In this document: piece by piece, positions 11,294 through 22,222 of the stretch
How the letters are laid out: every line of letters begins with the position of its first letter
Numbering within the stretch: the first letter of the stretch is position 1
Assembly: GCF_900187275.1 (NCBI RefSeq)
Contig: NZ_LT906458.1
Location: 1,980,001-2,012,000, forward strand
Direction of reading: 5' to 3'
Length of the DNA: 32,000 nucleotides
From: Pasteurella multocida
Lineage (GTDB): Bacteria; Pseudomonadota; Gammaproteobacteria; Enterobacterales; Pasteurellaceae
Notes under the pieces: model-generated
Database searches by the model: none
Told to the model about the DNA's origin: nothing
What the model saw: the letters and a program-made list of their open reading frames with translations, nothing else
Program-made: the position numbers and the translations under genes

Positions 11294-12169
11294 TTATTTA
11301 TAACGCCGCTTTAATCTCACCAAGCCTTCACTCATAAATAAAAGCATCGAGATCATTAAGCAAATAAAGAGGGGAATGGTTTCGCTGTCAAGTTGTTCGC
11401 CAATCAGAAAAGACACAAACAACATCATAATCGGCTCGGCATAGCCGAGTAAGCCGAGGACATTGATCGGTAATAGGCTACTTGCCACGATATAGGTATT
11501 CAACGCTACGCCACTAATTAAGCCTAATAACACCAATAACAGCAAAATATTTTCATTGGCTTGTTGTACCGCCTGAAGATCCACTTGCCATGCGAAGTAA
11601 ATACATACTGGCAATAATAATGACATTTCCAAACAAAAGCCGGCTAAATCGTTAATTTTCAATATTTTTCTTGTAGCGAAATAAGTGCTGTAACCGAAGC
11701 TCACTAACAGCGCTTCCCAAGAAAGTCCCCCTTTTAGCAGAATATTAGAAAAGACGCCAATGGCAGCGATGACTACGGCAAGAAATTTCACTCTAGAAAT
11801 GTGTTCTTTAAAGACCAGACGCCCGACAAGTACCATCGTTAAAGGGAGTAACAAATAACCAAACGACACGCTTAATGCACTGCCATTATTCGGCGCCCAT
11901 AAAAATAGCCAAATTTGAATGCCCATCATGGCAGAGTTAAACAAGAAACCGAAGATCAATAAGGGTTGTTGTTTAATGCGCACAAAATATTGACCCACAG
12001 CCTGCTTTTGTTTGAAGAGAAAGACGGCTGCAATAACAAAAGGTAGCGTAAAAATAATCCTAAAACCGAAGATATCTTCCCCACCAAGTGGCTGTAAAAG
12101 GGTTGAGAAATAATAAAGATAACCAAACAGCACTGAGGCTGATAATGAAAGCAAGATGCCTTTTATCAT
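11294..12169 (-). CDS. rarD: EamA/RarD-family membrane transporter
   Basis: About 291 aa, multiple hydrophobic segments; FSTLLQPLGGEDIFGFRIIFTLPF, SVSFGYLLLPLTMVLVGRLVFKE. ATG at 12169 is a more typical start than 12193. Confidence 0.8.
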   Translation of the reverse strand: MIKGILLSLSASVLFGYLYYFSTLLQPLGGEDIFGFRIIFTLPFVIAAVFLFKQKQAVGQYFVRIKQQPLLIFGFLFNSAMMGIQIWLFLWAPNNGSALSVSFGYLLLPLTMVLVGRLVFKEHISRVKFLAVVIAAIGVFSNILLKGGLSWEALLVSFGYSTYFATRKILKINDLAGFCLEMSLLLPVCIYFAWQVDLQAVQQANENILLLLVLLGLISGVALNTYIVASSLLPINVLGLLGYAEPIMMLFVSFLIGEQLDSETIPLFICLMISMLLFMSEGLVRLKRRYK

Positions 12170-12312
12170 TTTATTTCTCCAATAATATCGCAATGTTGTT
12201 AGATGAATGTCAAAGCCTATCTTATTTTTAAAAGAAATTCATTATTTCTTTGTTCTTATGTCGTTTTTTGAGATAGAATCTTTTTTTTTATTGAAAAATA
12301 AGTAAGGTGGTA

Positions 12313-14652
12313 ATGATGTTATGTAAGCCTAACCATTTGGGTTTATTGTTGTTAATTTCAGAAGTTGTATTCGCAGACACACAATTAGATGAAATTCATG
12401 TTGTAGAATCGGTTGTTAATGGTAAAGCAAGTTTAACGGCATTAGCTTCTCAAGTGCGCATTTCTAAGGAGAAATTAGATAATGTTAAATCTGGAACGCT
12501 CGGAGAAATATTAACTAACGTTTCTGGTGTGCAAAATAATTATTTTGGTCCGAATGCTGGGCGTCCAATGATTCGTGGACTATCTGGTCAACGTGTCCAA
12601 ATTATGCAAAATGATATGCCAATCCATGATATGGCCGCTGTTTCGAGTAATCTTGCCATATCAGCTAATCTGGCTTCAGTAAAAGAAATTCAAATTATCA
12701 AAAGTGGTGTTGCTTCTGTATTGTATGGAGGGAAAAGTCTTGGTGGGGCAGTAAATTTGACTGATGATGCGATCCCTCAACACATAGCAGAAAAAGCATT
12801 TCGTGGCGAAGTTGAATGGCGAGCGGGATTGAATGCCCCCAATACTTACCAAGTTCAATTACAAGGTAACAACCAAGTAAATTTTGCTTGGTATCTTGAT
12901 GCTTCTTTAAGTGAGATTTCTTCTCGTAAGATTCCAGGACGTAGCAAAGACGGGATTTGTTATGACTATGAATATTTGAAAACCAATACAAAACTGCGTA
13001 GTCAATGTCAGGTAAATATTGAGAAACTCTCTTCAATTAATCCGAAATATTTTAAATATATCAGTCAGTTCTATTTAGATCATTATAAAAATCCTGACTA
13101 CGGCTTATCTGAAGGGGATCAATATACCAATATGTCAGCGGGAGGTAAAAATCCACTGAACCCAGAATATGTAGAGGGGAGTCCTTATTATGCAGAAAAA
13201 TTTGGTCCTCTTGAAGAATATGTATCTTATCCAAATGGTCGTATTCCAAACGCGCATTCAAGCACAAAACAACTGACTGTTGGAGCTAGCTATCTTCATG
13301 ATAAAGGCTATATTGGGGCATCTTTTTCTCATTTTAATACTCGTTATGGTGTGCCGGGATTTTCCTATTTGGCTAGTCGAGCTGCATCACAACGTAAAAG
13401 TTATTTACCCGTTTCTGTGACGAATGAAACCAATAGATTGAATTTGAAAAGTCAATTAAATACATTATTTACGCCTATTTCAAAAGTTGAAATTCAATTA
13501 GGTTTCCAAAAAAGTCGGGATAAAGAATGGCTAGGATCACATTTATCTAGTGCATTTCATACATACAATGACTATTATCGCTCCTCTTTTGAGCATCAAC
13601 CACTGTTTAATCATCACGTATTAGGAACCATTGGTGTTGAATGGAATAGACAGAAAATATTTTCAAGTGGTAAAGATAGTTATTTACCAAATGTTAATAT
13701 GGATACGAAATCGCTGTTTATTCTTGAGAAAATAGATGTCTCTCCTTTTGTTGTTGAATTCGGTCAACGTTGGGATAAAGTGAAATATGTCGTAGATACG
13801 ACCAATCATATTTCTTCTCGTGGTCAAGGTGGTGCTTATTCAAAGAATAGAACTTTCTTTGTGCAAAATACACATTTAGGTCTTTTATTTCAACCCGTCG
13901 ATACATGGTATTTGAAACTACAGCGTAGCTGGCAAGAACGGGCACCCGAAGTTAATGAATTATATGCAGATAATAATCATTATGCTTTACTCATTGAAGA
14001 AAATGGTGATGGTCGCCTTAAAAAAGAGCAGAGTGATAATTGGGAACTCTCCACAGGTGTTAACCTTGAGCAGTTTAATGCTGAATTAACGTGGTTCCAA
14101 CGTAATTTTGATAATTTTCATTATTTAGGCTATACCGGGATTTCGCGCACCGGTTTGGCAGTGAAAGAATGGCGTCAAGCTCCTTTGCGAATGAATGGTG
14201 TAGAGTTAGATTTAACTTATCAACATCAAACTCCCCATTTTGGTGATTTGACATGGCATCTTTTTGCTGATTATGTTCATCACAAATTGACATTAGCGCC
14301 AGATCATATTGATGCGAAAAGAATTGGTTATTTACCACATCTTCCAACGTCTAGGATTGGGGGAGATTTGACAGTACAGTGGCAACGTTGGAGAGGATTT
14401 ACTTCTGTGACACATTACGTTAAGCAAAAACGAGTGACCAAAGAAGTCGATGATGAATTACCAGCAAAAAAATTTACGTTAGTGGATTTAGGTTTATCTT
14501 ATGTTTATCCGCTTACTCGAGCAACATTAGAGATATCTTTGAATATCCAAAATCTCACGAATAGGGAAGCAAGATTGAATAACTCACCTTTACGTTTCCT
14601 TGCGCCTTTACCTGGTAGAAATGCACGTTTAGGTGTGAAATTGATGTTCTAA
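12313..14652 (+). CDS. TonB-dependent outer membrane receptor, ZnuD-like
   Basis: About 780 aa; signal peptide; plug domain (GTLGEILTNVSGVQNNYFGPNAGRPMIRGLSGQRVQIMQNDMPIHDMA...SGVASVLYGGKSLGGAVNL); C-terminal beta-barrel strand ending in RNARLGVKLMF. The ORF track start at 12307 is GTG; ATG 12313 follows AAGG. Confidence 0.88.
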   Translation: MMLCKPNHLGLLLLISEVVFADTQLDEIHVVESVVNGKASLTALASQVRISKEKLDNVKSGTLGEILTNVSGVQNNYFGPNAGRPMIRGLSGQRVQIMQNDMPIHDMAAVSSNLAISANLASVKEIQIIKSGVASVLYGGKSLGGAVNLTDDAIPQHIAEKAFRGEVEWRAGLNAPNTYQVQLQGNNQVNFAWYLDASLSEISSRKIPGRSKDGICYDYEYLKTNTKLRSQCQVNIEKLSSINPKYFKYISQFYLDHYKNPDYGLSEGDQYTNMSAGGKNPLNPEYVEGSPYYAEKFGPLEEYVSYPNGRIPNAHSSTKQLTVGASYLHDKGYIGASFSHFNTRYGVPGFSYLASRAASQRKSYLPVSVTNETNRLNLKSQLNTLFTPISKVEIQLGFQKSRDKEWLGSHLSSAFHTYNDYYRSSFEHQPLFNHHVLGTIGVEWNRQKIFSSGKDSYLPNVNMDTKSLFILEKIDVSPFVVEFGQRWDKVKYVVDTTNHISSRGQGGAYSKNRTFFVQNTHLGLLFQPVDTWYLKLQRSWQERAPEVNELYADNNHYALLIEENGDGRLKKEQSDNWELSTGVNLEQFNAELTWFQRNFDNFHYLGYTGISRTGLAVKEWRQAPLRMNGVELDLTYQHQTPHFGDLTWHLFADYVHHKLTLAPDHIDAKRIGYLPHLPTSRIGGDLTVQWQRWRGFTSVTHYVKQKRVTKEVDDELPAKKFTLVDLGLSYVYPLTRATLEISLNIQNLTNREARLNNSPLRFLAPLPGRNARLGVKLMF

Positions 14653-14711
14653 GTGAGGTTATCTTGTACAGTAAAGGTGGTCGCATTCTGTTGACCACCT
14701 TTTTTAATTAA

Positions 14712-15623
14712 TCATTGGAGTATTTGCCAAAATGCACGCACTAATGGTTGCGTTAAGCTTTTTTTCTGCACACAAATTCCGAGAGCAAAGGGCGTGATTG
14801 GGGTTTTGAGATGCAAAATAGAAACTTGGCTATTCATCGGGCTGTTTTTAATGACGACATCGGGTAGCATCGCGACCCCACAACCGAGTGCGACCATTGG
14901 CATGATCGCTTCATGTCCAGCGACTGTGGCATAGATTTTAGGGTGTTTGATTTTTTGTTGTTTAAACCATTGGTCAATGCGTTGGCGCGCAGGTCCTTCT
15001 ACCGGCAAAATAAAGGGGATTTGTTGCCAATTGATTGGGGTTTGTTGCAATAATTGTGTAGCAGAACAGGCAATACGTGGTGCAATTAGAGACAGGCTGA
15101 TATCGTCAATGTAGTGAAATGCAATGTGGTTGGGTAAATTTTTGGGTTGCCCTGCTAGTGCAAGATCCACTTGTTGTGTTTCTACCAGTTGTAAGGCAAG
15201 CGAAGGGTCACCTGTGGTGAGCTGGATTTCTACTTTCGGATAACGTGTACGAAAACGTTCCAAAATCGCTGGTAAGTGGCTATAAGCAGCGGTGACCGAG
15301 CAAAATAATTTTAATTCCCCGTTGAGTTCTTGCTGAGCACTATCACGCAGTTGCTGTTTGATCTGTTGCCATTGCATCCAGCTTTGTTGTGCAAAAGGTA
15401 GCAATTTTTCACCTGCATCGGTTAATTCAACTTGGCGATTGTTACGCAAAAACAGTATTTGTCCTACGTCTTGTTCCATACGCTGAATTTGGCGTGAGAG
15501 AGTAGAGGGCGACATGTGATTTTGTGCCGCCGTTTTGGCGAAGTTTTTCGTTTCACATAAGTGGAGAAAGAGTTTGAGATCAGTGAAGTTCAAAATGGGA
15601 TTTCCTATTTGGGTGGTGGGCAC
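14712..15623 (-). CDS. ilvY: LysR-type activator of ilvC
   Basis: 303 aa; DLKLFLHLCETKNFAKTAAQNHMSPSTLSRQIQRMEQDVG and LFCSVTAAYSHLPAILERFR; divergent from ilvC. Exact start codon uncertain. Confidence 0.94.
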   Translation of the reverse strand: MPTTQIGNPILNFTDLKLFLHLCETKNFAKTAAQNHMSPSTLSRQIQRMEQDVGQILFLRNNRQVELTDAGEKLLPFAQQSWMQWQQIKQQLRDSAQQELNGELKLFCSVTAAYSHLPAILERFRTRYPKVEIQLTTGDPSLALQLVETQQVDLALAGQPKNLPNHIAFHYIDDISLSLIAPRIACSATQLLQQTPINWQQIPFILPVEGPARQRIDQWFKQQKIKHPKIYATVAGHEAIMPMVALGCGVAMLPDVVIKNSPMNSQVSILHLKTPITPFALGICVQKKSLTQPLVRAFWQILQ

Positions 15624-15650
15624 ATTCAGCTTTGCGTTTTGCTCAATAAA

Positions 15651-15659
15651 AAGTGCGGT
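15651..15659 (+). repeat. DNA uptake signal sequence between ilvY and ilvC
   Basis: AAGTGCGGT followed by AT-rich CGATTTTTCAAAAATTTG, as in the extended Haemophilus consensus. Confidence 0.85.
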
Positions 15660-15708
15660 CGATTTTTCAAAAATTTGTAGCGCTTTATGACAATATCCAA
15701 AATATATA

Positions 15709-15723
15709 TTGCATTTATTGCAA
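15709..15723. promoter_or_regulatory. Candidate IlvY operator in the ilvY-ilvC intergenic region
   Basis: TTGCA-TTTAT-TGCAA perfect inverted repeat between divergent ilvY and ilvC. Confidence 0.45.
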
Positions 15724-15845
15724 CATAAAATTTCAATAATATCAATTTACGCAATGATAAAAATCGTTATAATCAGAACAAAGTACAAATAATGTGCAAA
15801 CACAATCTCATATGAATACACAACATCAATGTTAAGGACACAAGC

Positions 15846-17321
15846 ATGGCTAACTATTTCAATACATTAAATTTACGCCAACAATTAGATCAATTAGGGC
15901 GTTGTCGCTTTATGGATCGCAATGAATTTGCGAATGAAGCAGATTACTTAAAAGGCAAAAAAATTGTCATCGTCGGTTGCGGGGCACAAGGCTTGAATCA
16001 GGGTTTGAACATGCGTGATTCGGGGCTAGATATTAGCTATGCCTTACGTGCAGAAGCCATTGCAGAAAAACGCGCGTCTTTCCAACGTGCGACGGAAAAT
16101 GGCTTTAAAGTGGGGACGTATGATGAATTAATTCCAAGTGCAGATTTAGTGGTGAATTTAACCCCTGACAAACAGCACTCGAAAGTGGTGGCTGATGTCA
16201 TGCCGTTAATGAAACAAGGTGCCGCACTCGGTTATTCACATGGTTTAAATATCGTGGAAGTAGGTGAACAAATCCGTAAAGATATTACAGTGGTGATGGT
16301 GGCACCAAAATGTCCGGGCACGGAAGTACGTGAAGAATATAAACGTGGCTTTGGTGTACCGACCTTGATCGCGGTGCATCCAGAAAATGATCCAAATGGT
16401 GATGGTTTAGAAATTGCTAAAGCCTGGGCGGCTGCAACGGGTGGTCATCGTGCGGGCGTGCTTGAGTCATCTTTTGTTGCAGAAGTGAAATCGGATTTAA
16501 TGGGTGAACAGACTATTCTGTGTGGTATGTTACAAGCGGGTTCTATCGTTTGTTATGACAAGCTTGTGGCGGACGGCAAAGATCCTGCGTATGCCGGTAA
16601 ATTAATCCAGTACGGTTGGGAAACCATTACTGAAGCGCTGAAACAAGGTGGGATTACGTTGATGATGGATCGTTTATCCAATTCTGCGAAGTTACGTGCT
16701 TTCGAACTTTCAGAGCAAATCAAAGCGAAATTAACGTTCTTATTTGAAAAACACATGGACGATATTATCAGTGGCGAATTTTCTGCCACGATGATGGCGG
16801 ATTGGGCAAACGGTGATGCAAATCTTTTAAAATGGCGTGAAGAAACCGGCAAAACGGCATTTGAAAATGCACCAAAATATGAAGGTAAAATCAGCGAGCA
16901 AGAGTATTTTGATCACGGTGTATTGATGGTGGCAATGGTGAAAGCGGGCGTAGAGTTAGCCTTTGATACCATGGTCGCGAGCGGGATTTATGAAGAGTCA
17001 GCCTATTATGAGTCATTGCATGAATTACCACTAATCGCTAATACGATTGCGCGTAAGCGTTTATATGAAATGAACGTGGTCATTTCGGATACGGCAGAAT
17101 ATGGTAACTACTTATTTGCTAATGTGGCGACGCCAATTTTGGCAAAAGAGATTGTGCCGACCTTACAAAAAGGGGATTTAGGTGAGCCTACGCCTACGGT
17201 TGAGATTGATAATATTACGCTACGTGATGTGAATGACGCGATTCGCAATCATCCAATTGAATTGATCGGGCAAGAATTACGTGGTTATATGACAGATATG
17301 AAACGTATTTCCTCTCATTAA
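15846..17321 (+). CDS. ilvC: Ketol-acid reductoisomerase (class II)
   Basis: 491 aa; [28 protein letters not shown] and [22 protein letters not shown]. Confidence 0.98.
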   Translation: MANYFNTLNLRQQLDQLGRCRFMDRNEFANEADYLKGKKIVIVGCGAQGLNQGLNMRDSGLDISYALRAEAIAEKRASFQRATENGFKVGTYDELIPSADLVVNLTPDKQHSKVVADVMPLMKQGAALGYSHGLNIVEVGEQIRKDITVVMVAPKCPGTEVREEYKRGFGVPTLIAVHPENDPNGDGLEIAKAWAAATGGHRAGVLESSFVAEVKSDLMGEQTILCGMLQAGSIVCYDKLVADGKDPAYAGKLIQYGWETITEALKQGGITLMMDRLSNSAKLRAFELSEQIKAKLTFLFEKHMDDIISGEFSATMMADWANGDANLLKWREETGKTAFENAPKYEGKISEQEYFDHGVLMVAMVKAGVELAFDTMVASGIYEESAYYESLHELPLIANTIARKRLYEMNVVISDTAEYGNYLFANVATPILAKEIVPTLQKGDLGEPTPTVEIDNITLRDVNDAIRNHPIELIGQELRGYMTDMKRISSH

Positions 17322-17340
17322 GCGAAAAAATAGTCTAAAA

Positions 17341-17369
17341 ATAAGGTGCTTAGAGCACCTTATTTTTTT
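17341..17369 (+). terminator. Intrinsic terminator of ilvC
   Basis: ATAAGGTGCT (17341-17350), loop TAG, AGCACCTTAT (17354-17363) then TTTTTT. Confidence 0.85.
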
Positions 17370-18150
17370 CTTCTCGTTTGACTTCATCCCATAATAAGTC
17401 CATTTCCATTAACGAACTTTTTTCAAGGGTTTTATGATGAGCTTTGAGTTTGTTTTCAACGGCGCGGAAGCGTTGCTCAAATTTATGGTTAGCTTTACGT
17501 AAACTTTCTTCTGGTTGGCAGTTTAAATGGCGACACAGATTGACCACCGCAAACAATAAATCACCTACTTCTTCTTCAATTTTGGCTTGTTGTTTGTCAG
17601 CTTTTGCCATTTCTTGTTGAACTTCTGTTAATTCTTCTTTGATTTTGTCAATAACTTGCTGGCTATCATCCCAGTCGAACCCGACTTTAGCACAGCGTTT
17701 TTGTAGTTTTTCCGCGCGCATCAGGGCAGGGAAAGCATGTGGTACATTATCTAAAATAGAATGTTGCTCTTTTTCTTTATGTTCTTGTGCTTTGATGGCG
17801 TTCCAGTTTTGTAACGCTTCTTGTTCGTTATTTGCGATCTTCTCACCAAAAACATGAGGGTGTCGACGGATAATCTTTTCAGCAACAGTCGCGACGACAT
17901 CGTTAAAGGTGAAATGTTGATCTTCGGTTGCTAATTGGCTGAAGAAAATAACTTGTAATAACAGATCACCCAATTCTTCTTTCAGATCGTGCATATTTTG
18001 TTGTTGGATGGCTTCAATCACTTCATAGGTTTCTTCCGTTAGACAGGGAATCATGCTGTGATACGTTTGTTTAAGATCCCATGGGCATCCTCCATTTGGA
18101 TTGCGTAACTGGGCGATGAGATGAATAAAATCGTCGATTGAATAAGCCAT
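17350..18150 (-). CDS. mazG: Nucleoside triphosphate pyrophosphohydrolase
   Basis: [48 protein letters not shown] and [17 protein letters not shown]. Start at 18150 preferred over 18189. Confidence 0.94.
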   Translation of the reverse strand: MAYSIDDFIHLIAQLRNPNGGCPWDLKQTYHSMIPCLTEETYEVIEAIQQQNMHDLKEELGDLLLQVIFFSQLATEDQHFTFNDVVATVAEKIIRRHPHVFGEKIANNEQEALQNWNAIKAQEHKEKEQHSILDNVPHAFPALMRAEKLQKRCAKVGFDWDDSQQVIDKIKEELTEVQQEMAKADKQQAKIEEEVGDLLFAVVNLCRHLNCQPEESLRKANHKFEQRFRAVENKLKAHHKTLEKSSLMEMDLLWDEVKREEKNKVL

Positions 18151-18335
18151 GTTGATGATTCCTACAGAAAAAATAATGAGGTTTATCATAGCATAATTTT
18201 CTTTTGCACTATGGAAATGTGTTTGTGTATTGAAAAGTTTTTTAAAACGTGATCTAAGGCATATTTTTTTTTATGGAGTGGTGCTATGATAAATCGAAAG
18301 TGTTATCAACCCCCTGATCGGATAAGGAGTTTATT

Positions 18336-18761
18336 ATGTATAAACACGTATTAGTAGCGGTAGATCTTTCTGATGAAAGCCAATTTTTGTTGGAAAAAGC
18401 AGCTGGCGTAGCGAGACGGAATGAAGCGAAGTTGTCAATTATTCACGTTGATGTAAACTTCTCTGATCTTTATACAGGGTTAATTGATGTGAATATGGCG
18501 TCAATGCAAGATCGTATTTCCACAGAAACACAACAATCTTTGGTGCAATTAGCCGAAAATTCAAGCTATCCAGTGGCAGAAAAATTAAGTGGTAGTGGTG
18601 ATTTAGGTCAAGTATTAGCCGATGCAATCGAAAAATACGATGTTGATTTGCTTGTGACTGGTCATCATCAAGACTTTTGGAGTAAACTAATGTCATCGAC
18701 TCGTCAAGTGATGAATAACATTGCCGTTGATATGTTAGTCGTGCCATTGCGTGATGAATAA
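18336..18761 (+). CDS. uspA: Universal stress protein A
   Basis: 141 aa; [48 protein letters not shown]. Confidence 0.93.
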   Translation: MYKHVLVAVDLSDESQFLLEKAAGVARRNEAKLSIIHVDVNFSDLYTGLIDVNMASMQDRISTETQQSLVQLAENSSYPVAEKLSGSGDLGQVLADAIEKYDVDLLVTGHHQDFWSKLMSSTRQVMNNIAVDMLVVPLRDE

Positions 18762-18813
18762 GCGTCGTCCTTTTATTGATAGTTAAACTTTTGTAAAAGG
18801 TTTGTAAAGCTTG

Positions 18814-18857
18814 AACCGCACTTTGATTATCCCATTGAAGTGCGGTTGGTTTTTTTG
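18814..18857 (+). terminator. Terminator formed by an inverted pair of uptake signals, downstream of uspA
   Basis: AACCGCACTT (18814-18823) and AAGTGCGGTT (18838-18847) followed by GGTTTTTTT. Confidence 0.88.
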
Positions 18858-19000
18858 TAGGCTTTAGGTGAGAGGCGCGAAAATCTTCACAGTGAATCGA
18901 AAAAGCTTTTTTATAAATATCAAAAATATGCAAGAATAAGTAGACTAACTTTTAATCGTATTATGAGTGACCAAAAAATAGGAAAGCAAGGCTTATATAA

Positions 19001-21625
19001 ATGAAAACAACAGCAGAAATTAGACAATCTTTTCTTGATTTTTTCCATACTAAAGGGCACCAAATTGTCGCAAGTAGTGCTTTAGTACCTGAGAATGACC
19101 CAACTTTATTATTTACCAATGCAGGGATGAACCAATTTAAAGACGTTTTTTTAGGTATGGATAAACGTCCCTATTCCCGAGCAACGACGGCACAGCGCTG
19201 TGTTCGTGCTGGGGGAAAACATAATGACTTAGAAAATGTCGGCTATACCGCGCGTCACCATACTTTTTTTGAAATGTTAGGTAATTTCAGTTTTGGCGAT
19301 TATTTCAAAAAAGATGCCATCCACTTTGGTTGGGAGTATTTAACGTCACCAAGATGGTTAGGATTACCGGCAGAAAAATTGTGGGTCACTGTGTATGAAA
19401 CCGATGATGAAGCCTATGATATTTGGAACAAAGAAGTTGGTGTACCAGCAGAGCGTATTATCCGTATTGGCGATAATAAAGGCGCACCTTACGCATCTGA
19501 TAATTTTTGGGCGATGGGTGATACAGGACCTTGTGGTCCTTGTACTGAAATTTTCTATGATCATGGTGAGCATATTTGGGGTGGACCGCCGGGATCACCT
19601 GAAGAAGATGGCGATCGCTATATCGAGATCTGGAATATTGTTTTCATGCAATTTAATCGTCACGCAGATGGAACAATGGAGCCATTACCAAAACCGTCAG
19701 TTGATACGGGTATGGGGCTGGAGCGTATCAGCGCGGTACTACAGCATGTTAATTCCAACTATGAAATCGATATTTTCCAAAAATTAATTGCGAAAGTCGC
19801 GGAATTAACCGGTGAGAAAGATCTCAGCAATAAATCTTTGCGTGTGATTGCGGATCATATTCGTTCATGTGCTTATTTAATTGCAGATGGTGTGATTCCG
19901 TCTAATGAAGGGCGTGGTTATGTCTTACGTCGCATCATCCGTCGCGCAGTACGTCATGGTAACTTATTAGGTGCAAAAGAAGCCTTTTTCTATAAGTTAG
20001 TGCCAACCCTTATTGACGTTATGGCGGAAGCCGGCATCGGCGTAAAAGAAAAGCAAGCGACCGTTGAAAAATTGTTACGTTTAGAAGAAGAACAATTCGC
20101 GCGAACCTTGGAGCGAGGGTTAGCCCTATTAGATGAGGCATTAGCCAACGTGAAAAACGGCGAATTGTCAGGCGAAGTGGCGTTTAAACTTTATGATACT
20201 TATGGTTTCCCATTGGATTTGACGGCAGATGTTTGCCGCGAACGCAATATTACGATCGATGAAGTAGGTTTTGATCGTGAAATGGAAGCACAACGTTTAC
20301 GTGCTCAGTCAGCGAGCCAATTCGGCATGGATTACAATAATGTAATTCGTGTTGAAGGTTGCACGACTTTCGAGGGCTATACGGCATCAGAATCACTTGC
20401 AAAAGTGACCGCACTTTTTGCCGATGGTAAACCAGTTGAACGCATTGAAGCTGGTCAAAGTGCGGTGGTGATTTTAGAAAATACACCATTTTATGCAGAG
20501 TCAGGCGGTCAAATCGGTGACAGTGGGTATTTAAATGGGCAAGGTTTCTCATTTGAGGTTAAAGACACACAAAAATATGGTCAAGTGTTTGGGCATATTG
20601 GTGAGTTGGTGAGTGGCAGTTTAACTGTGGGGAAATCCGTTAATGCAGTAGTGGATGTAAAACGTCATCATAATACCTCATTGAACCATTCAGCAACGCA
20701 CTTATTACATGCGGCACTCCGTCAAGTGCTAGGCGAGCATGTAGTGCAGAAAGGGTCTTTGGTGTCAGACGTGGCATTACGTTTTGACTTTGCTCACCAT
20801 GAAGCGATTACGAAGGCACAATTAGTTGAAATTGAATGCCTTGTTAATCAACAAATTCGCGCTAACCATCTTATCCAGACTGAGTTAATGGAATTAGAGG
20901 CAGCGAAAGCCAAAGGTGCAATGGCATTATTTGGCGAAAAATATGCGGATCAAGTTCGTGTGCTGACGATGGGCGATTTCTCTATTGAGTTGTGTGGGGG
21001 AATTCATGCGAAGCGTACCGGTGATATTGGTTTGTGCAAAATTATAACGGAAACGGCGATTGCTGCTGGTATCCGTCGTATTGAAGCCATTACCGGTGAA
21101 AATGCGATGTCTTGGTTGCATCAACAACAAGCGCTTTTAGCGCAAAGTGCCGATTTATTGAAATCTGATGTGAATTCAATTGTCGAAAAAATCCAACAGC
21201 TACAAGATAAAGCGAAAAAAGCCGAGAAAGAATTGCAAGTCTTAAAGGAAAAAAGCGCGATGCAAGCGGGTTCCGATTTGGCGAGAAGTGCGGTGAAAAT
21301 CAATGATGTTTCTGTCATTGTGCAAAAACTTGATGGCGTTGATACAAAATCATTACGTGTTGTTGTAGATGATTTAAAAAATCAGCTGAGTTCTGCGGTT
21401 ATTGTATTTGCCTCTGTTGTAGAGGAAAAAGTCAATTTAATTGTGGGTGTAACAAGTGATTTAACGAGCAAAGTGAAAGCGGGTGAGTTAGTCAATCTGT
21501 TAGCACAACAAGTTGGTGGTAAAGGTGGTGGCCGTCCAGACATGGCAATGGCTGGCGGTACACAAATTGAGAATGTTGATCATGCCTTATCTTTTGCCAC
21601 AACGTGGTTAAAAGAAAACCTGTAA
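19001..21625 (+). CDS. alaS: Alanyl-tRNA synthetase
   Basis: 874 aa; [52 protein letters not shown]; [16 protein letters not shown] editing motif [17 protein letters not shown]. Confidence 0.98.
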   Translation: MKTTAEIRQSFLDFFHTKGHQIVASSALVPENDPTLLFTNAGMNQFKDVFLGMDKRPYSRATTAQRCVRAGGKHNDLENVGYTARHHTFFEMLGNFSFGDYFKKDAIHFGWEYLTSPRWLGLPAEKLWVTVYETDDEAYDIWNKEVGVPAERIIRIGDNKGAPYASDNFWAMGDTGPCGPCTEIFYDHGEHIWGGPPGSPEEDGDRYIEIWNIVFMQFNRHADGTMEPLPKPSVDTGMGLERISAVLQHVNSNYEIDIFQKLIAKVAELTGEKDLSNKSLRVIADHIRSCAYLIADGVIPSNEGRGYVLRRIIRRAVRHGNLLGAKEAFFYKLVPTLIDVMAEAGIGVKEKQATVEKLLRLEEEQFARTLERGLALLDEALANVKNGELSGEVAFKLYDTYGFPLDLTADVCRERNITIDEVGFDREMEAQRLRAQSASQFGMDYNNVIRVEGCTTFEGYTASESLAKVTALFADGKPVERIEAGQSAVVILENTPFYAESGGQIGDSGYLNGQGFSFEVKDTQKYGQVFGHIGELVSGSLTVGKSVNAVVDVKRHHNTSLNHSATHLLHAALRQVLGEHVVQKGSLVSDVALRFDFAHHEAITKAQLVEIECLVNQQIRANHLIQTELMELEAAKAKGAMALFGEKYADQVRVLTMGDFSIELCGGIHAKRTGDIGLCKIITETAIAAGIRRIEAITGENAMSWLHQQQALLAQSADLLKSDVNSIVEKIQQLQDKAKKAEKELQVLKEKSAMQAGSDLARSAVKINDVSVIVQKLDGVDTKSLRVVVDDLKNQLSSAVIVFASVVEEKVNLIVGVTSDLTSKVKAGELVNLLAQQVGGKGGGRPDMAMAGGTQIENVDHALSFATTWLKENL
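20408..20416 (-). repeat. DNA uptake signal sequence inside alaS
   Basis: ACCGCACTT. Confidence 0.8.
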
Positions 21626-21758
21626 TATCACATATTCATGGCGTCACGCGATTGTCTGGAGTGCAATAGCGTGGAGTGAATAGTTTCAAATTTGAGATAG
21701 GGATGTTGTAGGGGAATAGGGACGTTCTGCATAAACGATAAAAAGGTGAGGAGTTCAT

Positions 21759-21947
21759 ATGCTAATCTTAACCCGTAAAGTTGGCGAAAGCTTACTCATC
21801 GGTGATGATATTTCTATCACGATTCTAAATATACGTGGAAATCAGGTAAAAATTGGAATCAAAGCCCCTAAAGACGTTTCTGTACATAGAGAGGAAATTT
21901 ATCAACGTATTAAACAAGCATTAGAAGCACCTCATGTGGGTGAGTGA
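21759..21947 (+). CDS. csrA: Carbon storage regulator
   Basis: 62 aa; [51 protein letters not shown]. Confidence 0.98.
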   Translation: MLILTRKVGESLLIGDDISITILNIRGNQVKIGIKAPKDVSVHREEIYQRIKQALEAPHVGE

Positions 21948-22222
21948 GTGTTTCGTTAATATGTTAGAGATGATTCGTTGTTATTCGTATTTAGGTGAGC
22001 CGTTAGCGGAAAGTAATACCCTATAGGTATTCGATTATTGGCAAGAGCTATTGACAATAATTAAATAGCCCATTTTGGATTACCGTTTAAACTGATTATT
22101 CTATGTTGTTGTTCTATGTGAATTGATATAATTCAAAACCGATGAAAGACAGAGTAGTCTTGAGTGCATTTTTCTAATGAATAGAAAATGTATTTGTTGG
22201 CTAGACTAAAGAAGGAAAAAAA

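Noticed and set aside
12676-14347. Several 60-112 aa ORFs within the TonB-dependent receptor gene on both strands
   Set aside because: The receptor has one continuous frame with plug and barrel signatures, so these are shadow frames.
18439-18933. 164-aa minus-strand ORF over uspA and its terminator
   Set aside because: Antisense to most of a well-supported uspA and crosses the terminator hairpin; no recognisable domain.
19395-19787. 130-aa plus-strand ORF inside alaS
   Set aside because: Alternative frame of a conserved gene, with low-complexity-like composition and no motif.
22015-22031. AATACC-CTATA-GGTATT dyad downstream of csrA
   Set aside because: Arms are only 6 bp and AT-rich, with no T-run; could be a weak operator or terminator but not supportable from sequence alone.
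21948-22222. Possible tRNA or small RNA in the csrA-galU gap, since tRNA genes follow csrA in E. coli
   Set aside because: No cloverleaf, CCA end or T-loop motif was seen on reading; no strong stem plus T-run.
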